Counted from the first letter of the stretch, positions 1 through 13,666 are shown. The stretch is 64,000 nt of DNA from Candidatus Omnitrophota bacterium (GCA_028699255.1 JAQVUX010000006.1:25928-89927), one strand, 5' to 3'. Made by a program: numbers and translations. Notes: generated from the sequence alone by a model not told the origin.

Positions 1-2633
1 TCTTCCTCGGAATGTCCATTTTTAAAACTCATCGATATTATGAATGCGATATGTTCTGTTAATGTCTTCCAGCTACCACTATAAAGATATGTCTTGCCTC
101 TATCGAGTGCTTCTCCGAATGGCTCTTCTGATGTAGCATCTATTATATAATGATAAATTTTCCCAAAAGCTATTTCAGCATTCGGCATAGTATCAATCAA
201 TGTTCCGTCCAAATCAAAGAAAGCGACTTTAGGCTTAGGATTAATAGATGAATTCGCTATATGGAATTCGTCCTTCGACGGTCTGGGTAGGTCGACTTCC
301 GGTATCTCTTTGTATTCCCAGAAAACATCGGTTACATGATATGAACCGTTTAAAAATTCTATCCTTCCTTCATTTTGAAAACTCTTTAATGCCTCGTTTA
401 ATTTTTCTATCTCAAGCTCCGTATTGAATAAGTTGGCAATCTTATTTTTTATATCTTCCACCAAAAAATGTTTTTCAGCAAAATATGTTCTTATCATTTC
501 TCTAGCAATGCTTCTGTATGCAATCCTCTCAAGATGTTTTGCATCAATAGTTATGTCGCCGCTTTTGATATAGGAAAGTGCCCCTAAAATATCCTTTACA
601 AGTCTTTCACTATATTTACCAGCAACAGTATTCATTTGGTATTCGGTTTCGCAACGCACCATATCTTCTAGATAATCTAGCAGAATCACTGTTTGTTCGG
701 CCATTATCTTTTTTAAGATTCCTCTTTCCTTGTCAGATGTTTCTCCAAATTTTGACGACCGGAATATTATTTTCAGAACCCAAAAAAACATCTGTTGGCT
801 TTCTTCCCAATCTTTTATACTAGACAAGACTTGAACAACTTGCGAATTTTCATAAACGTATTCATAAGATAATGCGTTAGGGTCATATTCATTTGGGTCA
901 ACAAGACCTTTTTCTATTAGTTGCGAAGTATAGCTTGCTCCTCTTAATGGAATATATGATTTGATGGGATAAGTAATTCTTTTGTCCATTCCTGTTTCTC
1001 GAAGAAAAGCGATGCTTTCTCGTAGTTCTTGTAAAGTTACAAGTGGGTCAAACATAATAAAACCGGGAACATTATGAATTCCAAGCCCTTCGATTATCTC
1101 AAGGGCTTTTTTATTCTCAAAAACGGTGGCCGCTTTTCCATAACGTTTCAATTGGGATGGTGAACCTGATTCAATACCAATAAAGAGAACAGATAATCCT
1201 GCTTCTTTGAGTTTCTTAAATGCCTCGACTCTTTTATTGTTATTTTCTTCTGAATCACCTGCTTTATAAACTAACCGTGTGCTCGCCGAGGTGCCAAATG
1301 TAAGGTCGGCGGGAATTCTGCCAGACTTTTTGAGTGCAATTATTCTATCCGCCAATTCGACTACTCTCTCAACGCCTCCAGCAAACAGGTCTTCGTCGAC
1401 AAAATTTACGAAACGTCCACCATGGTCGCAAACCACTACTAAGTCATTTATCACATCGTCTATCGCACGACCTCGCCATCCCCCCTTACCTAAAAAAGGT
1501 TTTCTGGCGCATATCGCACAATTAAAAGGACATTCTCGGCTGGTTTCCATAAAAACTGCTCCGCCACTATCTATGGTATAAGACAATACATCTCTTTGCG
1601 GAACTCCTGCATTTACGAGATTGGTCTTCATAGACGAATTAACTGTTATTTGACCATTGTGCATATACGCAATATTAGGAACGTCGGGAAGTGAAACTTC
1701 GCCTTTAAAATATCTTACTGTTTGCTTTATTGCTTCCTCTCCTTCTCCTTTACACACGATCACTTCTGGATATTTAGTTAACAATAGGTCTGCATTATAT
1801 GTGGCGAGCACATTGCCTAGTATTATTAAAGGTCTTTCTCTCGATGGCAAAGATTTCAAATAATCCATAATTTTTGCAAGGTCGTCTAAGGTATTAAAAA
1901 ATAAAGATAATCCCACTATATCCGGTTTCTCTTTTCTTAATCTAGCTATTATTCCTTCGGTGCCATTTTCAATAACATGGTGAATCGTTGAAATTTCCAC
2001 GGAATTTTTGAATTGTTTTTTCAACACACCCGACAGGGTAGATACAGCCAGTGGCTCATCTACCTTCGATTCGTCCCTAATTTTACTCATCCAGCATAAC
2101 GCAACTTTGACAGTTCGCTTAAAAGGTGCTCTACGCATAACCGGCTCATTAGATGAGCTATATGCGGGAAGTGCTGTTATTCTATGAATAATCTGTCTGT
2201 GTAATCGTGGAGCAATTATTTTAGTTTGGAGTTTTGAAATATCGGAATAAGGCGTTATAACATTGGTTTTAGTTGGGTCAAAATAGCGAACAGCTAATTC
2301 TTCATTCGGAATTTCAATTACAATTTCATACGGTAATACGGTTATATTGGAGTTTTTTTCTGCATCTAATCGTGCTAATACATCGTTTAGATATGATTTA
2401 TCATCAAGGTTACCATCATGTTCGACATGCTTGCATATTGCGGTTACCGTAAGCGAATATTTAAAGTCTTCGCTATTAAGTCTTGATTCAGGGGCTAATT
2501 TATTGTTATCGACTGGGTAGGAAGAAAAAGACTTATTTTCAATCGCAGTAGAAAACAGTCTCGCTTCCTTAGCCCAGCCAAAAGTGCCTGTAAACAAAAA
2601 GACCCATAGTAGAATAACCGTAAGGGTCTTCAT
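1..2633 (-). CDS. Partial CDS (C-terminus lies beyond the window start). Signal peptide, then a B12-binding radical SAM domain, then a C-terminal HAD-like hydrolase domain.
   Basis: Manual reverse-complement translation from ATG at 2633 gives MKTLTVILLWVFLFTGTFGWA (a possible alternative ATG at 2660 was not resolved). Then ETSRECPFNCAIC, the class-B radical SAM CxxxCxxC motif, near 1500-1550. Then KVAFFDLDGTLIDT, HAD motif I, near 200-240. No minus-strand ORF is listed in the track for 1-2650, consistent with an open frame running off the window edge. Confidence 0.6.
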   Translation of the reverse strand, partial: MKTLTVILLWVFLFTGTFGWAKEARLFSTAIENKSFSSYPVDNNKLAPESRLNSEDFKYSLTVTAICKHVEHDGNLDDKSYLNDVLARLDAEKNSNITVLPYEIVIEIPNEELAVRYFDPTKTNVITPYSDISKLQTKIIAPRLHRQIIHRITALPAYSSSNEPVMRRAPFKRTVKVALCWMSKIRDESKVDEPLAVSTLSGVLKKQFKNSVEISTIHHVIENGTEGIIARLRKEKPDIVGLSLFFNTLDDLAKIMDYLKSLPSRERPLIILGNVLATYNADLLLTKYPEVIVCKGEGEEAIKQTVRYFKGEVSLPDVPNIAYMHNGQITVNSSMKTNLVNAGVPQRDVLSYTIDSGGAVFMETSRECPFNCAICARKPFLGKGGWRGRAIDDVINDLVVVCDHGGRFVNFVDEDLFAGGVERVVELADRIIALKKSGRIPADLTFGTSASTRLVYKAGDSEENNNKRVEAFKKLKEAGLSVLFIGIESGSPSQLKRYGKAATVFENKKALEIIEGLGIHNVPGFIMFDPLVTLQELRESIAFLRETGMDKRITYPIKSYIPLRGASYTSQLIEKGLVDPNEYDPNALSYEYVYENSQVVQVLSSIKDWEESQQMFFWVLKIIFRSSKFGETSDKERGILKKIMAEQTVILLDYLEDMVRCETEYQMNTVAGKYSERLVKDILGALSYIKSGDITIDAKHLERIAYRSIAREMIRTYFAEKHFLVEDIKNKIANLFNTELEIEKLNEALKSFQNEGRIEFLNGSYHVTDVFWEYKEIPEVDLPRPSKDEFHIANSSINPKPKVAFFDLDGTLIDTMPNAEIAFGKIYHYIIDATSEEPFGEALDRGKTYLYSGSWKTLTEHIAFIISMSFKNGHSEE

Positions 2634-2960
2634 AAGTATCACACTGTTATTTTTTAGCATTGGTTTAGTCGTAATGACCTATAAATAAAAAGTGACTGAA
2701 TTAACTAGTATTTAGCACTAGGCAATCCAGCCATCTAATAAATAAAATATTACTAGACCTGCGATTTTGCGCCCCTATGTCACCATAGGTTTGCCTTTAT
2801 CTAGAATATTGTATATTAAGTATAGCATAGAATATAGTTAAGTCAATAGAAAGTAACAACCTTTTTGAATTACTAACCTTGATGAGTGGTGGTTATTTTC
2901 TCAGTGTCCATCCAGTGACTATAGCACGTCAAAATACGTCCTATTCCGTCATAATTCATA

Positions 2961-2995
2961 CAAAAACAAAAGGACGCTCGAATATGAGCATCCTC
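2961..2995 (-). terminator. Intrinsic terminator downstream of gyrA: GGACGCTC / GAGCaTCC hairpin followed by a T-rich tract on the minus strand.
   Basis: Hairpin at 2971-2995; an A-run at 2961-2970 gives a U-tract on the minus-strand RNA. Confidence 0.4.
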
Positions 2996-3056
2996 TTGTT
3001 TTACGGCAAGTTACGCTTGTTTTATGTTGATTTTATCAACAGATTTTAAATCGCTA

Positions 3057-5675
3057 TTACTTTTTCCGTTTTATCGACTTCTTCTTCGCTTCGCTCTTGG
3101 GTGGCGCAACCTTTTCTTTGGGCGCAGTTTTCTTTTCTTCAGTCGGAGTCGTCTCGGGTTTCGCCTCTTCGAGCTTTTCTTTCACGGGAACAGGCGCGGC
3201 TGTAACCGTAGCCGCGTTTACAACTGCCGCGGCCGGAGCGGTTTCGCTTTCGTCTTCGGGAACTATCTTAGCGACCGACGCGACTTTATCCGCCGCATCC
3301 AGACGCATAAGCCTCACGCCCTGCGTCGAGCGCCCGGTAGTGCGTATATCTTTTATCGGACAACGAACGATCATGCCTTTTTCCGTCATAAGCATTATCT
3401 CGTCCTTGTCGGAAACTGTCGTAAGGCTCACGGCCTCGCCGTTCTTGCCTGTCACCTTCATATTTATAATACCTTTACCGCCCCGGGATTGCAAACGATA
3501 TTCTTTGAAGGGTGTCCGCTTCCCGAAACCCTGTCCGCTGACAGTAAGTACCGTCTGCTCGGGCTTGACTATTTCCATGGCGATACATGCGTCTTTTTTG
3601 CCGAGCGTTATACCTTTGACGCCTTTGGCGGCCCGGCCCATATCGCGAACCTGCGCTTCTTTGAACCGTATGGCTTTGCCCTCTTTGGTAGCGAGCAATA
3701 TCTCGTCGTCGCCGTTCGTCATCTCGACTTCGATAAGTGCGTCGTCTTTCTCGAGGCCGATACCTATAATGCCGCCCTTCCTCGGGTTGGAATATGCGGT
3801 AAGTGCCGTCTTCTTGATGAGCCCGTTCTTCGTGGCCATGATAAGGAAGTGCCCGTCTTTAAACTCTCTCACCGGCACAAACGCGCTTATATTCTCCCCC
3901 TGGGCTAACGCGAGCATGTTAACTATAGCTTTGCCTTTGGACGTCCTGCCGCCCTCGGGTATCTCGTGGACTTTCAGCCAGTGAATGTTACCTTTGTCCG
4001 TAAAGAACAGCATATAGTCGTGGGTCGATGCTATAAAGAGGTGCTCGACAAAATCTTCCTCTTTCATATCGGCGCCTGTAACGCCCTTGCCGCCCCGATG
4101 CTGTTTTTTGTAACTGGACACGGGCAGTCTCTTGATGTATCCCGAATGGCTTATCGTTATGACGACATCCTCTTCGGCGATCAGGTCTTCGATATCGAGC
4201 TCTTCAGCTTCGGGCGCTATCTCCGTCCTTCTCTCGTCGCCGATTTTTTCGGCCAATTCTTTCGTCTCTTCTTTTATTATCTCGAGAACCTTCCGCTCGC
4301 TGGCAAGAATAGATTTTAAAAACTCTATTCTTTTTATGAGCTCGAGATATTCTTTCTCTATCTTGTCACGCTCGAGGCCGGTCAGGCGCTGTAACTGCAT
4401 CTCGAGTATCGCGGTCGCCTGTTTTTCCGACAGATCGAACTTCTTTATAAGCTCTATCTTCGCCGCCTGCGGGCTCTCGGACTCTTTTATGACCTTTATG
4501 ATCCTGTCGAGATTTTTCAGCGCTATCTTTAATCCCTCGAGGATGTGCGCCCTGTCCTGGGCCTTGGCCAGCTCGAATTTCGTCCTTCTTACTATTATGA
4601 CCTTGCGGTGTTTTATGAATTCATCGAGGATCTCTTTTAAGTTTAAAACCTTGGGCCTGCCGCCGACGAGCGCCAGCATAATAACGCCGAAGGTCTCCTG
4701 CATCTGCGTATGTTTGTACAGTTGATTTAACACGACGTGCGCGTTGATGCCGCGCTTCAGTTCTATGACTATGCGCATCCCGTCCTTATCCGACTCGTCC
4801 CGTAGATCGGAAATGCCCTCTATCTTTTTATCCTGTATCAGATCCGCTATCGATTTGATGAGATTCGCTTTATTAACGAGGTACGGTATCTCTTTGACGA
4901 TGATGGCTTCTTTGCCGTTTTTCTGCTCTTCAATAAACGCCTTCGCGTTTATTTTAAGCCGCCCGCGTCCGGTCGTATAAGCGCTTTTTATACCGTCGTA
5001 GCCGCGGATTATCCCTCCCGTCGGGAAATCGGGCCCCTTCACCTTCTTTAAAAGATCTTTCGGTTCGCAATCGGGGTTGTCTATCACAAAGATGATCGCA
5101 TCGGCTATTTCTCTCAAATTATGCGGGGGGATGTTCGTCGCCATGCCGACGGCTATGCCGCTCGACCCGTTGACTAAAAGATTCGGCAGGCACGCCGGAA
5201 GAAGCGCCGGCTCCTGGAGCGACCCGTCGAAGTTAGGGACAAAATCCACCGTATCTTTTTCTATGTCGAGTAGCATCCAATCCGTTATGCGCTCGAGCCT
5301 GGCTTCCGTGTACCTCATGGCGGCCGCTGAATCTCCGTCGATCGAACCGAAATTTCCCTGGCCGTCGACTAAAGGATAACGCAGTGAGAAATCCTGCGCC
5401 ATGCGCACAAGAGTATCGTAAACCGCGCTGTCTCCATGCGGGTGATATTTACCTAATACCTCTCCTGTGATCCTCGCGCATTTTTTATACGGCTTATTGT
5501 GCTCGAGTGAAAGCTCTTTCATCGCGTAAAGGATCCTGCGGTGGACGGGCTTCAACCCGTCGCGCACATCGGGCAGGGCGCGGCCTACGATGACCGACAT
5601 CGCGTAATTAATATAGGAATCCTTCATCTCTTCTTCTATGTATCGCGTGATTACTTTTTCATTCCGTGTGTACAT
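3057..5675 (-). CDS. gyrA: DNA gyrase subunit A
   Basis: 872 aa; N-terminus [30 protein letters not shown]; GyrA beta-pinwheel repeats present; lysine-rich C-terminal tail. Confidence 0.95.
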   Translation of the reverse strand: MYTRNEKVITRYIEEEMKDSYINYAMSVIVGRALPDVRDGLKPVHRRILYAMKELSLEHNKPYKKCARITGEVLGKYHPHGDSAVYDTLVRMAQDFSLRYPLVDGQGNFGSIDGDSAAAMRYTEARLERITDWMLLDIEKDTVDFVPNFDGSLQEPALLPACLPNLLVNGSSGIAVGMATNIPPHNLREIADAIIFVIDNPDCEPKDLLKKVKGPDFPTGGIIRGYDGIKSAYTTGRGRLKINAKAFIEEQKNGKEAIIVKEIPYLVNKANLIKSIADLIQDKKIEGISDLRDESDKDGMRIVIELKRGINAHVVLNQLYKHTQMQETFGVIMLALVGGRPKVLNLKEILDEFIKHRKVIIVRRTKFELAKAQDRAHILEGLKIALKNLDRIIKVIKESESPQAAKIELIKKFDLSEKQATAILEMQLQRLTGLERDKIEKEYLELIKRIEFLKSILASERKVLEIIKEETKELAEKIGDERRTEIAPEAEELDIEDLIAEEDVVITISHSGYIKRLPVSSYKKQHRGGKGVTGADMKEEDFVEHLFIASTHDYMLFFTDKGNIHWLKVHEIPEGGRTSKGKAIVNMLALAQGENISAFVPVREFKDGHFLIMATKNGLIKKTALTAYSNPRKGGIIGIGLEKDDALIEVEMTNGDDEILLATKEGKAIRFKEAQVRDMGRAAKGVKGITLGKKDACIAMEIVKPEQTVLTVSGQGFGKRTPFKEYRLQSRGGKGIINMKVTGKNGEAVSLTTVSDKDEIMLMTEKGMIVRCPIKDIRTTGRSTQGVRLMRLDAADKVASVAKIVPEDESETAPAAAVVNAATVTAAPVPVKEKLEEAKPETTPTEEKKTAPKEKVAPPKSEAKKKSIKRKK

Positions 5676-5695
5676 TATTCTCTCCTAAGAATTAT

Positions 5696-8466
<2,771 letters not shown>

Positions 8467-8467
8467 T

Positions 8468-9565
8468 TTATGTTATCTGCATCGGCAGGACGACATAAAC
8501 ATATTCCGTACCTCTTCTGACAACGCCCGGCTTTTCGGTATCGGCAACTTCGAAAGATACTTTTTCGTCGTCTATATTTTTAAGAAGATCTATCAGGTAG
8601 TCGGGATTGAACCCTATGGACATGTCCTTACCTTTATATTCCGTATCCATCTCCACCCGGGCCTCGCCCAAATACGGCGCGCTCTTCGATATCACCGCCT
8701 TATCTTTGCTCAAATCTATTTTTATCGCCGACGAATCCTGGTTTGTGAAAAGCGCCGTCCGTTTTACTGCAGACAAAAATACATTTCTGGATACCGTAAA
8801 TTTATCTTTAGCTTCTTTTGGTATGACCTGTTCATAATCCGGGAACTCGCCTTCTATTAAACGCGATACGAGCCGCGTCTTACCCATATCGAAAAATATC
8901 TGGTTATTATTAAAGAATATTTTAACCTCTCCGTCATCTCCCAGGGTACTATCGAGTTCGTTGACCGCTTTTGTCGGCACGATAAATTTCCGTTCCAGGG
9001 TTTTTGGAAGTTGTATCTTATCCTCTATCATAGCCAGACGTCTTCCGTCGGTAGCGACGAGGCGTATGTATGCGGGTTTTATCACAAAAAGCACGCCGTT
9101 CAATATGTACCGGGACTCGTCATGGCTTATCGCGAACTTTGTCATCCGGAGCATTGTTTTTAATTTTTTTTGCTGTAGGATCAACGAGTCTTTATCTTTA
9201 AACTCCGGTAATTGTGGAAACTCTTCTTTTGGGAGACCCATTATTTTAAAAACGCTCTTCCCGCATTCAATATTAACAAGATTATTTTTTTTAACAGACA
9301 CGGATATTTGTTCGCCCTCCGGCAGTTCGCGAATTATATCTGAGAATTTTTTTGCCGGTATTGTTATCGCTCCGGTGTTTTGAGGCTTTACCGGTATTTT
9401 TGATGTTATCCCTATATCGAGATCCGTTGTTGTCAGTATAATATTATCTTCGGTAGCTTCGATAAGTATATTTGCCAATATGGGAAGATTTGATTTTGTG
9501 CTTATAGCTGATTGCACTTCCTGTATGCCTTTTAACAACACATCTTTCGTTGTTGTGAATTTCAT
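8468..9565 (-). CDS. dnaN: DNA polymerase III beta sliding clamp
   Basis: 365 aa, three-domain clamp, immediately downstream of dnaA. Confidence 0.9.
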   Translation of the reverse strand: MKFTTTKDVLLKGIQEVQSAISTKSNLPILANILIEATEDNIILTTTDLDIGITSKIPVKPQNTGAITIPAKKFSDIIRELPEGEQISVSVKKNNLVNIECGKSVFKIMGLPKEEFPQLPEFKDKDSLILQQKKLKTMLRMTKFAISHDESRYILNGVLFVIKPAYIRLVATDGRRLAMIEDKIQLPKTLERKFIVPTKAVNELDSTLGDDGEVKIFFNNNQIFFDMGKTRLVSRLIEGEFPDYEQVIPKEAKDKFTVSRNVFLSAVKRTALFTNQDSSAIKIDLSKDKAVISKSAPYLGEARVEMDTEYKGKDMSIGFNPDYLIDLLKNIDDEKVSFEVADTEKPGVVRRGTEYVYVVLPMQIT

Positions 9566-9629
9566 CCCCAGAATACCTCCCTCTATTACATATCTTTAAA
9601 CTTAAAAAACAGTAAAAGAATTAGTAGAG

Positions 9630-9725
9630 CCTGTGGATAAGTTGATAACCCTATAACCACCTACCCAAACAACAGGTTACACAACAAAACAACCAGGCAA
9701 AACTCTAAAAACTTATCAACACACC
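9630..9725. promoter_or_regulatory. DnaA-box cluster in the dnaA-dnaN intergenic region (candidate oriC half or dnaN control region)
   Basis: TGTGGATAA at 9633-9641 (perfect reverse box), adjacent GTTGATAAC, TTATCAACA at 9714-9722; an AT-rich stretch at 9590-9625. Confidence 0.5.
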
Positions 9726-9739
9726 CAACAGTATATTCA

Positions 9740-11113
9740 CTATTCTTTAATACTTTGGATAACCCTGTCGATTATAGCCCTAAAACCAGGCTTATCCTTC
9801 AACTCTCTCTCGATCTTTTCACACGCGTGTATTACGGTGGTGTGATCCCTGCCGCCAAACTGGTCGCCTATCTCCGGAAGCGAAAAATCCGTTAACTGCC
9901 TTACCAGATACATCGCGATCTGGCGGGGATACGCGATCGCCTTGCTTCTCTTCTTCGCGCGCATGTCGGAAAGTTTTATATCGAAATATTCGCTGACTTT
10001 TTTCTGAATAAGATCTATGGTTATTTTCTTCTCACCCTCTATTATCATGTCTTTTAAGACCTCTTTCGCGAGATCTACGGAAACTTCTTTACCTATAAGT
10101 TTCGCGTAAGCGACAACTCTTATCAACGCGCCTTCAAGCTCCCTAATATTGGTTTTTATTTTTTCGGCCAGGAAATAAAATACATCCTCACTGAGCGCGA
10201 TCGTCTCTTTTTCAGATTTCTTTTTTATTATCGCGATACGTGTTTCGAAGTCGGGCGGCTGTACATCGACGACGATGCCGTATAAAAAACGCGAGACGAG
10301 CCGTTCCTCGAGATGCTGTATCTCCTTCGGAGGGCGGTCGCTTGTCACGACTATCTGTTTGTGCGCGTCGTATAGCGCGTTAAATGTGTGAAAGAACTCT
10401 TCCTGCGTCGACTCTTTGCCGGCTATGAATTGTATATCATCTATCAGGAGAATGTCAACACTGCGGTACTTTTCGCGGAATTTCTGCGTCGAGCGGTTCT
10501 GTATCGCGCTTATAAGCTGATTCGTGAACTCTTCACTGGATAAGTAGAGTATCTTTGATTTTGGCGCTTTATGCAGAGCGCTGTGGCCGATCGCGTGCAT
10601 AAGGTGTGTTTTGCCGAGGCCGACACCGCCGTATATAAAAAGCGGGTTGTATGCTTTTGCCGGAGATTCGGAGACGGCCACCGACGCCGCGTGAGCGAAC
10701 CTGTTGCTTGGGCCTATCACGAAACTTTCGAACGTGTACTTTGGATTTAAACCAACTTCTTTTGCGACATCCTGCGTCTGCCGGCTGAACGGCCAGAAAG
10801 GTTTTGCTTCTTTTTTCTCAACCTCCGCCCTTATCCTCTTTAAGGCATCCTCGCCGATCTCTTCACTAAACGAAAACTCTATCTTCAGATCCCTGCCCGC
10901 GGTTTTCTGCAGGCTCTCTCTTAATAATGGCATATAGTGTTCTACGATCCAGCCCTGGAAAAATTTATTAGGGACCTCAAGGACTATAGTTTCGTTCGAC
11001 AAAGAAACATGTTTTATCGGAACGAACCATATATTATAAGCCTGGTCATTCCCAAGCACCTGCTTTATTATCTCTTTGGCCTGTGTCCAGACCACATCGG
11101 TTTCTATCGGCAT
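9740..11113 (-). CDS. dnaA: Chromosomal replication initiator DnaA
   Basis: 457 aa; AAA+ motif GGVGLGKTHLMHAIG; C-terminal DnaA-box-binding domain. Confidence 0.95.
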   Translation of the reverse strand: MPIETDVVWTQAKEIIKQVLGNDQAYNIWFVPIKHVSLSNETIVLEVPNKFFQGWIVEHYMPLLRESLQKTAGRDLKIEFSFSEEIGEDALKRIRAEVEKKEAKPFWPFSRQTQDVAKEVGLNPKYTFESFVIGPSNRFAHAASVAVSESPAKAYNPLFIYGGVGLGKTHLMHAIGHSALHKAPKSKILYLSSEEFTNQLISAIQNRSTQKFREKYRSVDILLIDDIQFIAGKESTQEEFFHTFNALYDAHKQIVVTSDRPPKEIQHLEERLVSRFLYGIVVDVQPPDFETRIAIIKKKSEKETIALSEDVFYFLAEKIKTNIRELEGALIRVVAYAKLIGKEVSVDLAKEVLKDMIIEGEKKITIDLIQKKVSEYFDIKLSDMRAKKRSKAIAYPRQIAMYLVRQLTDFSLPEIGDQFGGRDHTTVIHACEKIERELKDKPGFRAIIDRVIQSIKE

Positions 11114-11124
11114 TAAGCTCCCTT

Positions 11125-11345
11125 TTAAAGGTTATCCACAGCCCCACAAGCACGTTTTCAACACAAAAATTAGAGTTATGCACAAGTTGTGCACAAAACA
11201 CCCTGCGCGCGGGGCGGCATAAAAACCAGATTTTAATTATAATGAATGGAATAACATTTTGCAACACAAAAATTCTTTTTCTTTTTAGCCTTGACTGAGA
11301 ATCGTATTATGATATAATTACACTACGAAAATTTTCCACATAATG
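11125..11345. promoter_or_regulatory. DnaA-box cluster (candidate oriC / dnaA autoregulatory region) plus the rpmH promoter
   Basis: TTATCCACA at 11132-11140 (perfect), TTATGCACA at 11176-11184, TTGTGCACA at 11186-11194, TTTTCCACA at 11332-11340. AT-rich 11225-11330. TTGACT-N16-TATAAT at 11291-11318 upstream of rpmH. Confidence 0.55.
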
Positions 11346-11356
11346 AAGGGAGAGTT

Positions 11357-11494
11357 ATGAAGCTTAATTTAAGATGTAAGTCAAACCTGAAGCGGAAGAG
11401 AAAACACGGTTTCAGAAAACGCATGAAGAGCCGCAACGGCAGGACGGTCTTAAAAAGACGCAGACAGAAGGGCCGCCATAAGCTCGCCGTATGA
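11357..11494 (+). CDS. rpmH: 50S ribosomal protein L34
   Basis: Manual translation [45 protein letters not shown]. This ORF is below the track's length cutoff. Confidence 0.9.
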   Translation: MKLNLRCKSNLKRKRKHGFRKRMKSRNGRTVLKRRRQKGRHKLAV

Positions 11495-11850
11495 TCCCCG
11501 ACGAGAAATTCCGGAAAAAAGAACATCTTTTAAAATCAAAAGACTTCTTTAAGGTATACAAAAAAGGCATTTCGTATAAAGCGGGCGGGGTTATATTGTA
11601 CGTGCTCGCGAATGCTCTCGGGCATAATCGTCTCGGTTTCTCGATAGGGTCCAAAGCGATCAAGCGCTCTACGGTTCGGAACAGGATACGCAGATTATTC
11701 CGGGAAGCCTATAGAAAAAATAAAGGCGCTCTTAAGGCCGGGTTTGATATGGTTATAGTGGCCAGAAAAATGCCGGAAAACATAACTACATATGTTTCTG
11801 CAGAGGACGTATTGCTAAAACTCACCGCTGGCACAAGGCTTAAAACATGA
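11491..11850 (+). CDS. rnpA: RNase P protein component
   Basis: 119 aa basic protein; ATGA overlap with the rpmH stop; conserved rpmH-rnpA order. Confidence 0.85.
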   Translation: MIPDEKFRKKEHLLKSKDFFKVYKKGISYKAGGVILYVLANALGHNRLGFSIGSKAIKRSTVRNRIRRLFREAYRKNKGALKAGFDMVIVARKMPENITTYVSAEDVLLKLTAGTRLKT

Positions 11851-12053
11851 AAAAGATAGCTATTCTGGCATTAAAGTTTTACCGTAAGTATTTGTCAATA
11901 TTAATGTTACAGCACTGCAGGTTCTACCCATCCTGTTCACAATACGCAATAGACGCGATAGAGAAAGACGGATTTTCAAAAGGAATATTTAAAAGCATCT
12001 GGCGTATTCTTCGGTGTAACCCTTTTTCAAAAGGCGGGTATGACCCCGCATAA
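11847..12053 (+). CDS. yidD: Membrane protein insertion efficiency factor YidD
   Basis: 68 aa; YPSCSQYAIDAIEKDGFSKG motif. Confidence 0.85.
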   Translation: MKKIAILALKFYRKYLSILMLQHCRFYPSCSQYAIDAIEKDGFSKGIFKSIWRILRCNPFSKGGYDPA

Positions 12054-12070
12054 TAAAGGATAAAAATATC

Positions 12071-13666
12071 ATGGAAAAACGGCTGATAATTGCAATCGCT
12101 TTATCGATCCTCATCATAGTAGGGTTCCAATATTTTACAGTTAAACCCACCCGCCCATCATCGTCGGCGCCGCTTACCGGACAGGCCGCCCAGGCTTCCT
12201 CCGCCAAAGCGCCTGCGATAGTGCCTATAGCCGAGCCCGCGAAATTGCCCGATGAGAAAGAGCTGGAAGCTCTGACCGGGAAATACGCGCTTACCTTCAG
12301 TAATATAGGCGGCTCGATAAAGAGTATAAAGCTCAAAGACTATAATGAGGCCAACTCTAAAGAACCGTACTGTCTCTCCCAGGCATCCAATCCAAAAGAA
12401 TACCTTTTTAATATAAGCGATCTATCGGGTAGCCAAAATTTTGATCTTGTCGAATACAAGGCAAAGACAGACGGCTTAACCATAACATACGTCTTAACCA
12501 CCAAAGATTATGAGATACGTAAGAAATATATTTTACGTAACTCAAGTTATGGCATTGACTTAGAATTATCGGTAAAGAATATATCTGTCTCACCAAAAGG
12601 ATTTAATTATAGCATTGTCGGTGGCTCCGGCGTTACCGAGAAAGCCAAGCAAGACGCGATATCTATCGAAGTAGCTTCGAAAATTGATGGAAAATCAGTT
12701 AAATTCAAACGGCCAAAGATAGGTGAGCGCGTGATGAGCGTAGGCATGGTAGGCTGGTCAGCCCTTAAAAATAAATATTTTTGCATCATCTTAAAGCCTT
12801 TTACCCAGACACGCGGCGCTTTTTATTACGAAGGTTCAGACGGCACACTTGTAACGGGCGTAGATTCTGAAAAAATCGTTATCGAGCCAGGCGCCAGTAT
12901 CGAGAATAAATATGCGTTATATGCCGGGCCAAGCAGTATACCGGTTCTGAAAGAATTCGGCTATGGTGTCGAGGAATCGGTAAATTACGGCATATTCGGC
13001 GGGATCAGTAAGGCACTAATCGTGGTTCTTAAAGGTTGCCATTCCGTCGTACGGAACTGGGGACTTTCCATAATACTTTTATCGCTTGTGCTAAACGTGA
13101 TCCTATTCCCTCTCACCGCAAAGAGTTTCAAGTCGATGCAAAAGATGCAGGAGTTGCATCCTCAAATGGAGAAGCTGAAAGTTCAATTTAAAGACCAGCC
13201 ACAGAAGCTTAATCAAGAGATAATGGGATTGTATAAAAAATACAATATCAATCCATTCAGCGGTTGCCTGCCCATACTTTTGCAGATGCCGATATTCATA
13301 GCTTTGTATCAGGCATTGATGAAATCTATAGAGTTGCGCGGCGCCGGGTTTTTATGGATACGGGATCTTTCATCGACGGAGGCAGTTTCTATCCCATTCT
13401 CTTTCCCGATAATCGGCAATTCTATAAACATACTGCCGCTTATTATGGTGGCCGCTATGGTAGTCCAGCAAAAGATGTCTATGTCATCTTCCGGTGCCGC
13501 TGTTTCTGAAGAGCAGAAACAACAGCAAAAGATAATGCTTATCATGATGCCGATAATGTTCGGATTCATATTCTATAATATGCCTTCCGGGCTCGTTTTG
13601 TACTGGGTAGTCAATACAGTACTTACCATAGGCGAACAAGCGATTATTTTGCGCCGCACTGTTTAG
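12071..13666 (+). CDS. yidC: Membrane protein insertase YidC
   Basis: 531 aa; N-terminal TM helix, periplasmic domain, C-terminal 5-TM core. Confidence 0.9.
   Translation: MEKRLIIAIALSILIIVGFQYFTVKPTRPSSSAPLTGQAAQASSAKAPAIVPIAEPAKLPDEKELEALTGKYALTFSNIGGSIKSIKLKDYNEANSKEPYCLSQASNPKEYLFNISDLSGSQNFDLVEYKAKTDGLTITYVLTTKDYEIRKKYILRNSSYGIDLELSVKNISVSPKGFNYSIVGGSGVTEKAKQDAISIEVASKIDGKSVKFKRPKIGERVMSVGMVGWSALKNKYFCIILKPFTQTRGAFYYEGSDGTLVTGVDSEKIVIEPGASIENKYALYAGPSSIPVLKEFGYGVEESVNYGIFGGISKALIVVLKGCHSVVRNWGLSIILLSLVLNVILFPLTAKSFKSMQKMQELHPQMEKLKVQFKDQPQKLNQEIMGLYKKYNINPFSGCLPILLQMPIFIALYQALMKSIELRGAGFLWIRDLSSTEAVSIPFSFPIIGNSINILPLIMVAAMVVQQKMSMSSSGAAVSEEQKQQQKIMLIMMPIMFGFIFYNMPSGLVLYWVVNTVLTIGEQAIILRRTV

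Noticed and set aside
3024-5379. Several long plus-strand ORFs (3024-3908, 3097-3984, 4132-4725 and others) antisense to gyrA
   Set aside because: They lie entirely inside the strongly supported gyrA coding region on the opposite strand, and their predicted proteins are low-complexity Ser/Ala/Phe-rich. These are typical antisense artefacts of a GC-rich gene.
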